From Dendrobates tinctorius (Eukaryota): DNA of 64,000 nucleotides. Every line of letters starts with the position of its first letter. The first letter of the stretch is position 1. A model generated the notes under the pieces. The model did not search any database, was not told the origin of the DNA, and saw only the letters and a program-made list of their open reading frames with translations. Position numbers and translations under genes: made by a program. Of this stretch, positions 12,758-24,063 are shown in pieces. The DNA is taken from the NCBI RefSeq assembly GCF_039654945.1, contig NW_027361827.1, forward strand, positions 18,290,001-18,354,000, given 5' to 3'.

Positions 12758-13392
12758 CCCAAAATGGTATCCAAGATGTCAGACTGCAACAAACACAGCC
12801 GTACTCTGCTCTATGGATAGAAAAGTAAGACGTACTGGTCTCACAAAAAGGTGACAAGTCAAGATTTTTTAAATTTTTTTTTTTTTTTTTTTTTAAACAA
12901 ACTTCAGATTTTTCCCACAGCAAAATAATAAACTGAACGGGTGTTTTGTTGCCGTAATCCAACCGACGTGAAGAATCAATTTTTACGTTGCAACGAATGT
13001 TGTAAAAACAAAACCTAAAAATGCTGGAACTGCAATATTGCTTTTTTTTTCTGCTTTCCAGTACACTGTATTGTTAAAATAGTTTATGTCATTGGAATGA
13101 ACTGTACCTGAAAAAAAGCCCTCATTTTGGTTATAGTTAAAAAAAGCCAGAGCTCCTGAAACAAGAGGAGGAAAATCCAAGCACGCTCCCCGGCCATGAA
13201 AGGGTTAATCGCCCCGGTGGCAATGTGCCTTTGCAGCAGCGCAGCTCTCCATTTCCGGCCTCTGCAGCCCAGCTGGTCATTTCGTCTCTTACGTTCCATG
13301 CCCTGTGCATTTATAGGAGCGGTCATAGAGTTCACCAGTCACGTCTATCTCCTCACATCCTAGTGCTCTATGGTAGGAGGTGACGTACGCAC

Positions 13393-13574
13393 CGAGACAG
13401 AGGCCGCCATCTTTGTTTTGGGAAAGATACTGCTATGAAGCGGAATGCATAAAGAAAAATGTACTGGAATATAGCACAACAGGAGTCTTTTCAAGACCAA
13501 TACATTTTAGGCTTTTTTTTGTGTGGTTTTGTCTTTACTGCAATTTTCAAAAAAGGAGGGCGAGACTTACACAT
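13393..13574 (-). CDS. Candidate first exons of an unidentified divergent gene
   Basis: Minus strand GCCGCC-ATG-T|GTAAGT (ATG 13574-13572); candidate acceptors at 13464 and ~13431-13434; donor TCG|GTGCGT at 13392. No homology recognised. Confidence 0.4.
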
Positions 13575-13652
13575 GGCGGCCGCCTCTGCTTCTTCTGGTT
13601 GCTTAGTAACGACGTACAAGTCTACTGTTCCTACGAACGAACGGCTGGCAAG

Positions 13653-13671
13653 ATGGCGGCACCGGCAGCAG
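13653..13671 (+). CDS. INIP: INIP probable first coding exon (MAAPAA-G)
   Basis: AAGATGG Kozak context; 19 nt then CAG|GTATAC donor; phase 1 matches the 46428 exon, giving MAAPAAGFASKNRV (human MAANSSGQGFQNKNRV). Confidence 0.7.
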
Positions 13672-13924
13672 GTATACATACACTCGGCGCTGTGAGTGGG
13701 TCAGGCAACGGTAACCTGACCGAGGTGGTGGTCTGCAATGTGGCGCCATCTGAGGGCACTTGTTATAGGGGCCAGGACGCCCCCCACTAATGGCTGTCAC
13801 AGTGTATGACCTCTGCAGGGGGGCGATGGCTGCTGATGTAAGAACCCGTTCACACTGCTGTGACGACAACCATGCCGCTGGTCCCACTGGCACTCCTAGG
13901 AACCAAAAAGCCAGGAGACACAGG

Positions 13925-14135
13925 ACATTAAGTTTTTGTCGCCTCAGCTGCATGATTTGCGGCTACTAGACAGCCTGAATACATGTGATCCCCTAACAAA
14001 CAGGCAATCCCCACATGTATTCAGGCTGTCTAGCAGCTGCAAATCATGCAGCTACGGCGACAAAAACTAAGTCTCCGATCATGCCCAAAATACTCGGAGG
14101 GCACCCGAGCAGCGAGCATACTCGCTCATCCCTGG
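13925..14135. mobile_element. Partial palindromic hAT-type MITE (same family as 59666-59940)
   Basis: Shares the cagctgcatgatttg...cagcctgaatacatg palindrome and ends ...actcgctcatccctg. Confidence 0.75.
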
Positions 14136-15904
14136 TCACATGAGTTTATACCATTGGGCAGTGAAAAAAAAATAATTTCAGCTTTCCCACAGAAATTTAG
14201 TTTTGGCCCCAGATTTTACATTTTCACACTGAGAAATGGGTAAAAATGGCACCAAAATGTGTCCCGCAGTTTCTGCTGAATGTAGAAATACCCCGTATGT
14301 GGCCGTACAGTCCTGCTCAGCCACACGGGGAGACTCGGGAGGGACGGAGCGCTATTTGACACTCTGAGAACAAATTATCGTAGAACAGCTTGCAGACTCC
14401 ATACACAGAGCCCCTAAGTGCCAGAAGTGCAGAATCCCCCTTCAGATGATCCCGTTTTAGAAATTGTAGCAACCATTTTGACTCCATGGGTGTTTTCCCG
14501 AAACAATAGATTAACAGCTTATAGGGTCGTCTAAAAATTAATTTTTATTTATGCCAATTAAAAACTATTGTATCCAGCAAAGTGGCCATGATCCAGAAAA
14601 AAACTCAAAAAAACACTCCTTGTAGTGTCGGGATATAACTATTGATGGAGAGAGAGCTGTCAATAATACACACATTCATTTTTGGTCAAAAATCAATAAA
14701 TGTATAGGACTAAATGGCAAATAAAGTGCTCTAGAGCAGTAAATGTGAAGGCAAGAGAAGGAAAATGTGTGGATGTGACCCAATTCATTTACAGGCTGAC
14801 ATCCGGGTCATGTCCATATGGGTAGAAGCATGCCTCACCCTGTTGTGCCCCCTGCATTACCTCCTGCCCTGACAAGGGCAGTTCCAAAGTAAGGCTTTTT
14901 CCCCCAGAAAAATTCCCTCCCGATGCATTTCTTTCTCCGTTAGGAGATGTCATTAAGGGAGTGTACTTTATATTGGGGAAGGCACCAGCTAAGAGAGACC
15001 AGAATTGCTCCAAAATAGAATAGATAAGAAAGTGCCTCTGTGCTTATAAAGTGCCTATTTGTCAAAAATATTTTAGGAATCCTACAGTAGTGAGCATTCC
15101 TGTAGGGTACAGAGTGCTGTCATCTTTTTCGTCATTTAGCTGGATCACAGATCCTTCATCTGCCTCATTTATAGGGAATTTTCAGTCGGTTCCGTCTGAT
15201 TCACGTATTTCAGAGATTTACACGGAAACCCTGGTGTAAGCGCTCAGTGCAGAGCGTAGGATAAATGTGAGCCGAGCTTTATCTTTGAGAGGCAGAATGA
15301 ACAAATCAACAGGAGGTGAAGAATTTGTTTCACTTATTTTGTACTGCATTCCTCGTGCGGTCTTAGTGATTAGATGACTTTATTCTTCAGGTCAGTACGA
15401 TTACAGCGGTACCAGATTTATATAGTTTTTTTATGTTTGGCTGCTATCACACCTTTTTTTTTTTTTTGCTTGTTTGCAAAAAACAAGTTTTTGCATCGCC
15501 ATATCTTGAGAGCTATAATTTTTCTACATTTCTGCCAACAGAGTCATGTGTGGGCTTGTTTTTTGCAGGACAAGCTGATATTTGTATTGGTACCATTTTC
15601 AGGCACATGATATTTTTATGGTCTTAACAGGCTCGTGTAGCTAGCTGACTCATAGGCCGTCATGATGACCCCGGGTTTCCACGACAATGATAGGGCCCTC
15701 GCAATGACGTAGCGGTGACGTCAATCGGACGGGAGAGGGAGCCCCCTCCCTTTTTTTAGCCCCCCCTAAATGTTGAGATTGACTTCAGGTGGTTAAACAG
15801 CCATGGGCATTGGGGGCATCACGCCTGGCTATTACAACAGGTGTCTGACTATCACGCCGATGTCGATCATGCAGGCACCGCTCTTGTGTCTTCACCATTG
15901 TCAT

Positions 15905-16375
15905 AGAAGCAAAATAGAAGCGAGGAGGGGGGCGCTCCTGGTGTGGTATCCGGTGGTCAAGTGGAGGAGGTGAAAAACAAAGTACACTAACCTGCTGTGG
16001 TTATGCTACCGGCATAACCACGTTTGCAGAGCCTGCGGTGCTTATCATGCACCATTCGCCGTCCCCGCATCCGGGTTTGGAGGTTAGCTGGTCACGTGGA
16101 ATGTCACGTGATGCTGATGTCACCGCAGGTCCTCCGTCTTTCAGATCCTGCAGGATGGTTGATAGTCTGCTGGGTCTGTGCTCCAAGCCGCTCACCCAGA
16201 AGGGTGTAAAATGCAAGGAAAGAAAAGTACAGCTGATGAGGGCGCTCAGACCAAGACAGACACTTGGTTTAGATAGAAAAGGAGATAATGACTAAGTAAA
16301 GAAGTTTGTTTTCTATCTAAACCAAGTGTCTGTCTTGGTCTGAGCGCCCTAATCAGCCGTACTTTTCCTTCCTTG
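15905..16375. mobile_element. Unclassified insertion with terminal fold-back, possibly Penelope-type
   Basis: Flanked by CACCATtGTCAT (15893-15904) and CACCATcGTCAT (16376-16387); ~67-bp inverted repeat at 16212-16377. Confidence 0.5.
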
Positions 16376-16635
16376 CACCATCGTCATGACATACCTATAC
16401 GTCAAAGGTCGGGAACTCCTACCCGACCACAATGTATAGGTACGTCAAAGGTAGTGAAGGGGTTAATTAAATCCCGCTGTCAGTGATTGACACAGTTGGA
16501 TTTAACTGGTTAATACCCGGGGCTGTTTAAGGCACATGATGGTTGATTAAATCAGTCATTATCTGTGGGGAAACTTGTGGGCTCGGCATGCGAGTCTACA
16601 TCAAAGGCAGAGACTCTAACTCTGACGTAAATATA

Positions 16636-16900
16636 CAGTACAGACCAAAAGTTTGGACACACCTTCTCATTCAAAGAGTTTTCTTTATTTTCATGACTAT
16701 GAAAATTGTAGATTCACTCTGAAGGCATCAAAACTATGAATTAACACATGTGGAATTATATAATTAACAAAAAAGTGTGAAACAACTGAAAATAGGTCTT
16801 ATATTCTAGGTTCTTCAAAGTAGCCACCTTTTGCTTTGATTACTGCTTTGCACACTCTTGGCATTCTCTTGATGAGCTTCCAGAGGTAGTTACTGGAAAT
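16636..16900 (+). mobile_element. Solo end of a Tc1-type element (same family as 32151-33537)
   Basis: TA-cagtacagaccaaaagtttggacacacc; matches 32151-32225 directly and 33370-33537 in reverse complement. Confidence 0.85.
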
Positions 16901-19846
16901 AAAGTGCCCACTACTAGGACAACTTCTCCATCTCAATGTTTCCTCCGTTAAAATAAAAACACATATACTAGAGGCCGCTCATTTACTCTTAATTACTTAT
17001 ACGTCCAAAGGCAGGGACAGTGAATCCAGCACTGATTGGGTGCAGGGCTCATGTGACGTATCAACCTCATGTAAGCCCCGAGAATGCGAATGCTGATACT
17101 GCTGGAACGGCACTGCCACCGAAGTTGAGTATAGGTGTTTTTATTTACTAGGGACACACATTCAGAGTGAGAAGAGGTTGTCCAAGTAGTTGACAAAACT
17201 TTTAAGGTCTAAAAATTGTCTTGAGGATACCAGTTGAAATGATTACTCCCATCTTGGCCTTCCATGACTGACATGAATGAGATATGAATCCTCTATCTTT
17301 GCCCCTCTCCTGTAGAGTTGAAGCTATGGAAGGAGCTCTGTGGTTTCCATTGTTTGGCCTTCAGGATGGATTATTTCCATCTCACTCATGAAGAGCTAAA
17401 ATGGGAATAACCCGTTAGTGATGAAACTGGTGAGTCAGTTACTTTACCTGACATATATAGTGTGTTCGGTGAGTGTACTACTTATTTAGGATCTTACATG
17501 GATGAGTGGCCCACTGTCCTTTGTGACATGTACGTGTGGAGTTTTCTACTACCCTGTAAAAGGCTAATTTTAAGCAGGAATATTGTAGAACTGGCCAATT
17601 GAAAGTCCAATGTTATGAGTCACTGTAAGCACCATGTCATCTAATGGCTTTGAAATATTTGTGTCCATTTACAACATGATGTGGTGAATGCGTTGTTAAG
17701 AGCGCGCAGCCTTTGTATCTAGTTTCCGTTAATGCACCAGCTTCGAAGCATTGGCTAAAAGTAGTACAGGTAAACCTTGAGATATCAGTGTGTGTTAGTA
17801 ATTGACTCGAGAAGACAGATTCCTCAAGCACTTTATGCCAGTTTTCTGGGGTAAAACTTCTTGATTTGTCACAAAATTTTTCCTGCATGAAAACATTCCG
17901 ACTTTTGATGCCTGGCCAGCTACACCATCTTTTTGAAAAGTGGGTAAAATTTGGCAAGGAGAAGGCTTGACCAAGCATTCCAGACAAACTCGTGATAAGT
18001 GGCGTAAATTTTCACAAAAATTTACACCAATCTTTCCCTGGAGTACATTTTTTGTGGTGACACATGGCAGCTAAAAGATGTGCTAGATTCATTAGGTACA
18101 CGCTTCTATGAATTTGGTGCATCCTACCCGTGCACACTCTTCATCAAGACTGGTATACAAAATGCCAGACTTGATAGATCTAGACCTTAACCCCTTGACC
18201 CCCAAAGCTGTTTTCACCTTCATGACCAGGCCAAATTTTACCATTCTGACCGGTGTCACTTTATGAGGTAATAACTGAGGAACGTTTCAACGGATCCCTC
18301 TGATTCTGTGATTTATTTTGTGACATATTGTACTTCATGTATTTTTTAATAAATTTCAAAAGCCGTCACGCTATTCACACTTCATGTATTTCACATTGAC
18401 ATACCTTAATGCAATTGAGTGCAACCATTTCCTTATTTTGATATTATATTTCATAGTAGTGGTAAAATTTATTCTATATGACTTGCATTTATTTATGAGA
18501 AAAATCTGAAATTTGGTGAAAATTTTGCAATATTCAAACTTTTAATTTTTATGCCCTTAAATCAGAGAGTCATATCACACAAAATAGTTAATAAATAACA
18601 TTTCCCACCTGTCTGCTTTACATGAGACACAAGCAATTTCTCGCTTTTACAACAAAGTTTAATTAATGTTGAGAAAAACTACTGTTTGGGTGCACAGCAG
18701 TGCTCAGAAGGGAAAGAGCGCCATTTGACTTTTTAAATGCAAAATTTGCTGTGACTATTAGTGGACCCCATGTGGAGTTTGGAGAGCCTCTAATGTGCCT
18801 AAACAGTGGCAACCCCCCCCCCCCCCCCACAAATGACCCCATTTTGGAAAATATATCCCTCAGAAATTTATCTAGTCGTGTGGTGAGCACCTTGAACCCC
18901 TAGGTGATTCACAGAATTTTACATCGTTGATCTGTGAAAATGAAAAATCAAATTTTTCCCCAAATGTTTTCATTTTCACAAGGATAGCAGTAGAAAATGA
19001 ATCCCAAATGCAATTTCTCCTGAGTACATCAATACCTCATATGTGGTCAAAACATACTTTTGTGAGGTCAGATTTTGCTGGACTGGTTTGAGGGTGCTAT
19101 GTCACATTGGTAGAGCCGTGGGGTTCCAGAACAGCAGAACCCCAATAAGAGACCCTATTTTAAAAACTACACCTTTCAATGAATTCATCTAGGAGTGCAG
19201 TGATCATATTGACACCATGGGTGTGTCACAGAATTTTATACCATTGGGTAGCGGAGAAAAAAAAAAAATTACTTTTTTACCACCCAAATCTTGTTTTAGC
19301 CCCAGATTTTACATTTTCTCACTGGGAAATGGGTAAAATTGGCACCAAAATGTGTCCCACAATTTCTGCTGAATGTAGAAATACCCCAAATGTGACTGTA
19401 CAGTACTGCTTAGCCATACGGCTAGACTTGGGAGGGACGGATGCTATTGGCAAATAGCACTTCGTCCTTCCTGAGTCTTGCCATATGACTAGGCAGTACT
19501 GTTATACAGGAGGCATCCTGGAGCACAGAATTTTCTATAATCGTTTGCAGGCTGCATATACAGAGCTCCTAAGTGTTAGAACAACAGAATCCCCCCACCA
19601 CCACCTCAAGTGACCCCCATTTTGGAAATTATACCCCTTTGGGAATTTATCTACAGTTGTTGTGACGATTTTGTCTCCATGGGTGTTTTCCAGAAACAAA
19701 CGGTAGTGGATGTTGCTGAGTGAAAATTGCAAACTGCCGTATTAGTGGCCAGTACGTTGTAGTGACCATACGTTGTGCCCAACTTATGCACCTGTAAATG
19801 CGGCGGGTTCTCATCACTACAGAAATGCCAAATATGTGGACACTAA

Positions 19847-20638
19847 GGCCAGAGTCAGACTAAACGTATGAAAAATCGGTCAGAGTCTGCCGAGAGTCTC
19901 ACAAGTGTTCTCCGTATGGTAATCTGTGTGTAATGCTTTTGCAATGCGATAATGCGATTTTTTTTTTTTCCCACCCATGTATCCGTATGGCATCCGTATG
20001 ACTTTACATTTCTCACTGATTTTCCCCATTGAATTAAATTGCGTCCAAGTTTTCTTGCACCCATGGACTTGCATTGGCGAGTCTCGGACGATATACGCGT
20101 ACAATCGCAGTACGGTGCGATTTTACACGCACATCGAATACGCCTGAGAAAAAAAAAAGTGATGTGAGCCGTCCCATGGATTAACATTGGTCCGAGTGCT
20201 ATGCAGTGTTTTCTCACATAGCACTCGCCCGTATTCTGTGGTAGTGTGATGCCGGCCTAAGGGTGTGTGCACACGCTGCGGATTCTGCTGAGGATTGATC
20301 CGCGCGGATTTTGCAAAATCCGCAGGTAAATTCATAGGTCAAAAGACCTACGGTTTATCTGCGGATTAGCCTGCGGTTTTGCCCTGCGGTTTATCACCTC
20401 TACAATGGAGGAGATGGTAAACCGCAGCGCAATCCGCAGAAAGAATTGACATGTCAATTCTTTCTGCGGATTAGAAACCGCAGCAAATCCGCACGGAAAA
20501 TTCTGCACCGTCTGCACTGCGGTTTCCATTTCCCATAGAATATTATGGTAATGTACACCACAGCAGAAACTGCTGTGGATCTGCAGGACCAAAACCGCTG
20601 CGGATCCGCAGAAGAATCCGCAGCTTGTGCACACACCC
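19847..20638. mobile_element. Two adjacent palindromic Harbinger-like MITEs (19847-20257 and 20261-20638)
   Basis: GGCC...GGCC and GGGTGTGTGCACA...TGTGCACACACCC termini with TAA-type 3-bp flanks. Confidence 0.7.
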
Positions 20639-20856
20639 TCACCGTGGTTTTGGCACACTGAAGGTAGGGGGTATTTGGATTTGGGAGCACAGAATTTGCT
20701 GAAATTATTTTGGAGGGCGAGGACCATTTGTCTTTTCCAGAGCCTTTGTTGCTACTAGTAACGTCGAAGCCCCTATATTTCCCTTAACAGATGACGGACC
20801 TGAGTGGGGACTTGCTTTTTTGTGGATTGAGTTGAAGCTTTTACTAGGAACATTTA

Positions 20857-22128
20857 CCGTATATACTCGAATATAAGCCGAGATTTTCAGCCCAAAAAAT
20901 TGGGCTGAAAGTCCCCCTCTCGTCTTATATTCGAGTCATATACAAAGGGGGTCAGAGGGGGAGGGGGCGGGGGTGTCAGGTCATACTTACCCATCCTGAC
21001 GCTGTGTCTTGAGCCCCCAGCTTCTCCCCGTGCTCTCCCTTCCTGCCTTCAGCGGTAACGTGGTGCCGCTCATTAAAACTCATGAATATGCGCATATTCA
21101 TGAGTTTTAATGAGTGGTACCACATGACCGCTAAAGGCAGGAAGAGAGAGCACAGGGAGAAGCTGGGGGCTCAAGACACAGCGTCAGGACGGGTAAGTAT
21201 AGCGATACTCACCTGTCCTGCGTCCATGGCTGCTTGCTGCTGTCTGTTATCGGTCAGTGACTTCAGACAGCAGAGGGCGCGGTGACGTGGTTAGTGCGCA
21301 CCGCGCCCCCTGCAGTCTGAACGTCACTGACTGATGACGCGGCAGATAGCGGTGAGCAGCCATGTACACAGGACACGTGAGTATCTCAGGTGCCAGCAGT
21401 GACACCGGCACCTGACACCCAGCGACGGAGAGGTGAGTATGTCATTTTTTTTATTTTTACATGCAGCAGCAGCAGCATGGGGGCAGCATATGGGGGAACA
21501 ATCTATGGAGCTTCATATGGGGGCAGCATATGGGGGAACAATCTATGGAGCTTCTTATGGGGGCAGTATATGGGGGAATAATCTGGAGCTTCTTCTGGGT
21601 TCAGCGTATGGGGGCAGTATATGGGGGAATAATCTGGAGCTTCTTCTGGGGTCAGCGTATGGGGGAATAATCTGGAGCTTCTTCTGGGGTTAGCATATGG
21701 GGGAACAATCTATGGAGCTTCTTATGGGGGCAGTATATGGGGGAATAATCTGTAGCTTCTTCTGGGGTCAGCGTATGGGGGAATAATCTGGAGCTTCTTC
21801 TGGGGTCAGCATATGGGGGAACAATCTATGGAGCTTCTTATGGGGGAATAATCTGGAGCTTCTTATGGGGTCAGCAGATGAGGGAACAATCTATGGAGCT
21901 TCTTATGGGGTCAGCATATGGGGGAACAATCTATGGAGCTTCTTATGGGGGCAGCATATGGGGGAATAATCTATGGAGCTTCTTCTGGGGACACCATATG
22001 GGGGAATAATCGATGGAGCATTTCCCACCCTAGGCTTATACTCGAGTCAATAAGTTTTCCCATTTTTTTGTGGCAAAATTAGGGGGGTCGGCTTATACTC
22101 GGGTCGGCTTATACTCGAGTATATACGG
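20857..22128. mobile_element. Non-autonomous TA-targeting (Tc2/pogo-like) element with internal hairpins and a minisatellite (21477-22020)
   Basis: TA|CCGTATATACTCGA...TCGAGTATATACGG|TA; tandem atgggggaataatctggagcttctt units. Confidence 0.85.
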
Positions 22129-23963
22129 TATGTGCTCTACGCTAAGCACTTAGATCGGGGTTTCCCTTTAAGTCACAGAGTGACGTAATTCAGTTGAACC
22201 CCCGAGGGATCCATTCATAATAATGGCTTCTGTTCAGCGATGTCCTTCTTTTAAGAGGTTCACAAAACTGGTCACTGGCAATTTTATGCACTTCTAATTT
22301 TATGCACTCCATTTTTTTTATCGCTTTCGGTTCCGATTTTTGGGAGGCAGAAAAAAACAAAAAACAGCAATTTTTTTTATTTTTTATGACGTTCTGCATA
22401 TGGTAAAATTGAAAAGGCAACTTTATTCTTTAGATCAGTACAATTGCAGCAATACCACATTTATATAGTTTATATACTTCTTTTTACATAAAAAAAAATT
22501 GCATTGCTTTTTTATTTTTCTGCTGATTTGAGCTGTATGGCAGCTTGTTTTTTGTGGGACAAGGTGACGTTTTCAGCTATGCCATTTTTATTTACATTTG
22601 TCTTTTTGATTGCGTTTTGTTCTACTTTTTGTTTGACAGTATGGTGATAAAGCATCATTTTTCATTATTTATTTATTTTTTTACGGTATTCACTAAAGGG
22701 GTTATCTGGTGGGACAATTTTATAGGTCAAGTTGTTCCAGACTCAGCGATACCAAATATGTATACTTTATTTTTTTATTTTAATATATTTTTTTACAACG
22801 TTTTTTTGTTACTTTTTTACTTAGCCCCACTATGGGACTTTCAATTTCTGCAGTTTGATCACAGTTATACGGTAGAGCAATATAGGAACATTGCTATACC
22901 GTTTAACCTGTCAGTGTTGCAGATGCAAGTTAGTTAGATCATGTACTGCGCATGATGTAACTCACTTGCTAGTGCCTGATGTCCTGGATGTCGTCATGAC
23001 GATATTGGGTCCCCACAATGACATCGCGGATGCGCTGAACGAAGGGCAGAGGGGCTTTCTTCCCTCTGCCTGCTCTCTAAATGCTGCGATTGCACCGATG
23101 GCAGCATTTAGTGAGTTCAAGTGTCAGGAGTGGTGCGGGCACCGCTCTTGGCACTGAGAGCCGGGTGTCAGCTAAATCAGCTGACACCCGGCGGCGATCA
23201 GGCATGCACAGCCTCTATTTTATCTATACAATTTTGGGGTAGATACAATCTTTTGATCGCCTGTTATTGTGTTTTATTTCAATGTTGCGGCAACCAAAAA
23301 AACATAATTCTGGCTTTTAGAAATTTTTTTTTTTTTTTTAGTTACGTTTACCCATCATATTAATTTTATCAAAATATAAAATGATCGGGCATTTCTGAAC
23401 ATGGCGATACCAAATATGCTTATCTTGTTTTTGTTTTATTGTGATGGGCCAAAAGGGGGTGATTTGAATTTATGTATTTTAATTTTTTTTTAACTTTTTT
23501 TTTACGCTTTTTACTTGCTTCAATAGTCTCCTTAGGAGACTTGAAGCTGTGATCTTCTGATCACTTGTGCTACCCATTGCAGGGCTTCATAGCAGATGAG
23601 CATTTCTGCTACACCTGAACGCTGGCCACGGGACGAGCTCATAACAGATTGGCAATGACAACCACGGGGGTCTCATGCAGACCCCTGGTTGTCATGACAA
23701 TCTATCGGCTTCACACGCTCATTTGACAGGGGCATCAATGGGTGGAGTTAGTGACGCACTTACCGCACGATCGTGTTAAATGCCGCTGTCAGAGATTGAT
23801 AGCAGCATTTAACATGTTAGCACCCTCGGGTGGATTGCGATTCCACCCGCGGCTGTTAGGGGCACATGGCAGCTGATCAAATCATCTGTCATGTGCCGGA
23901 AAATATGCGGGCCCAGTGCCGGCCGGAGCTTGCATCAAAGGGGGAGACACAACATATGACGTA

Positions 23964-24063
23964 CAGTTAGGTCCATATATATTTGAACAGAGGCAACATT
24001 TTTCTAACCAGAACCAAAATTAGAAAAATGTTGTCTCAGTCCAAATATATATGGACCTAACTG
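23964..24063. mobile_element. 100-bp Tc1-type mini element (TIRs only)
   Basis: TA|CAGTTAGGTCCATATATATTTG...CAAATATATATGGACCTAACTG|TA. Confidence 0.85.

Larger units (their letters stand above)
13380..13671. promoter_or_regulatory. CpG-enriched, probably bidirectional promoter / first-exon region
   Basis: YY1-like AAGATGGCGGC on + (13650-13660) and on - (13403-13413); X-box-like GTTGCTTAGTAAC (13598-13610); CRE-like TGACGT (13381); unique sequence between TE blocks. Confidence 0.7.
18188..23960. mobile_element. Degenerate TTAA-CCCC (piggyBac-like) non-autonomous element(s) with nested MITEs; right boundary approximate
   Basis: Starts TTAACCCCTT; the same end occurs inverted at 44440-45361; internal modules shared with 36800-38745. 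Confidence 0.55.

Noticed and set aside
16233-16260. CTGATGA hammerhead-like core
   Set aside because: No correctly placed GAAA or stems I and III.
17316-17429. Exon-like segment (ctcctgtag ... CTG|GTGAGT) in INIP intron 1
   Set aside because: Good splice signals but no INIP-like or phase-compatible coding; unsupported without RNA data.
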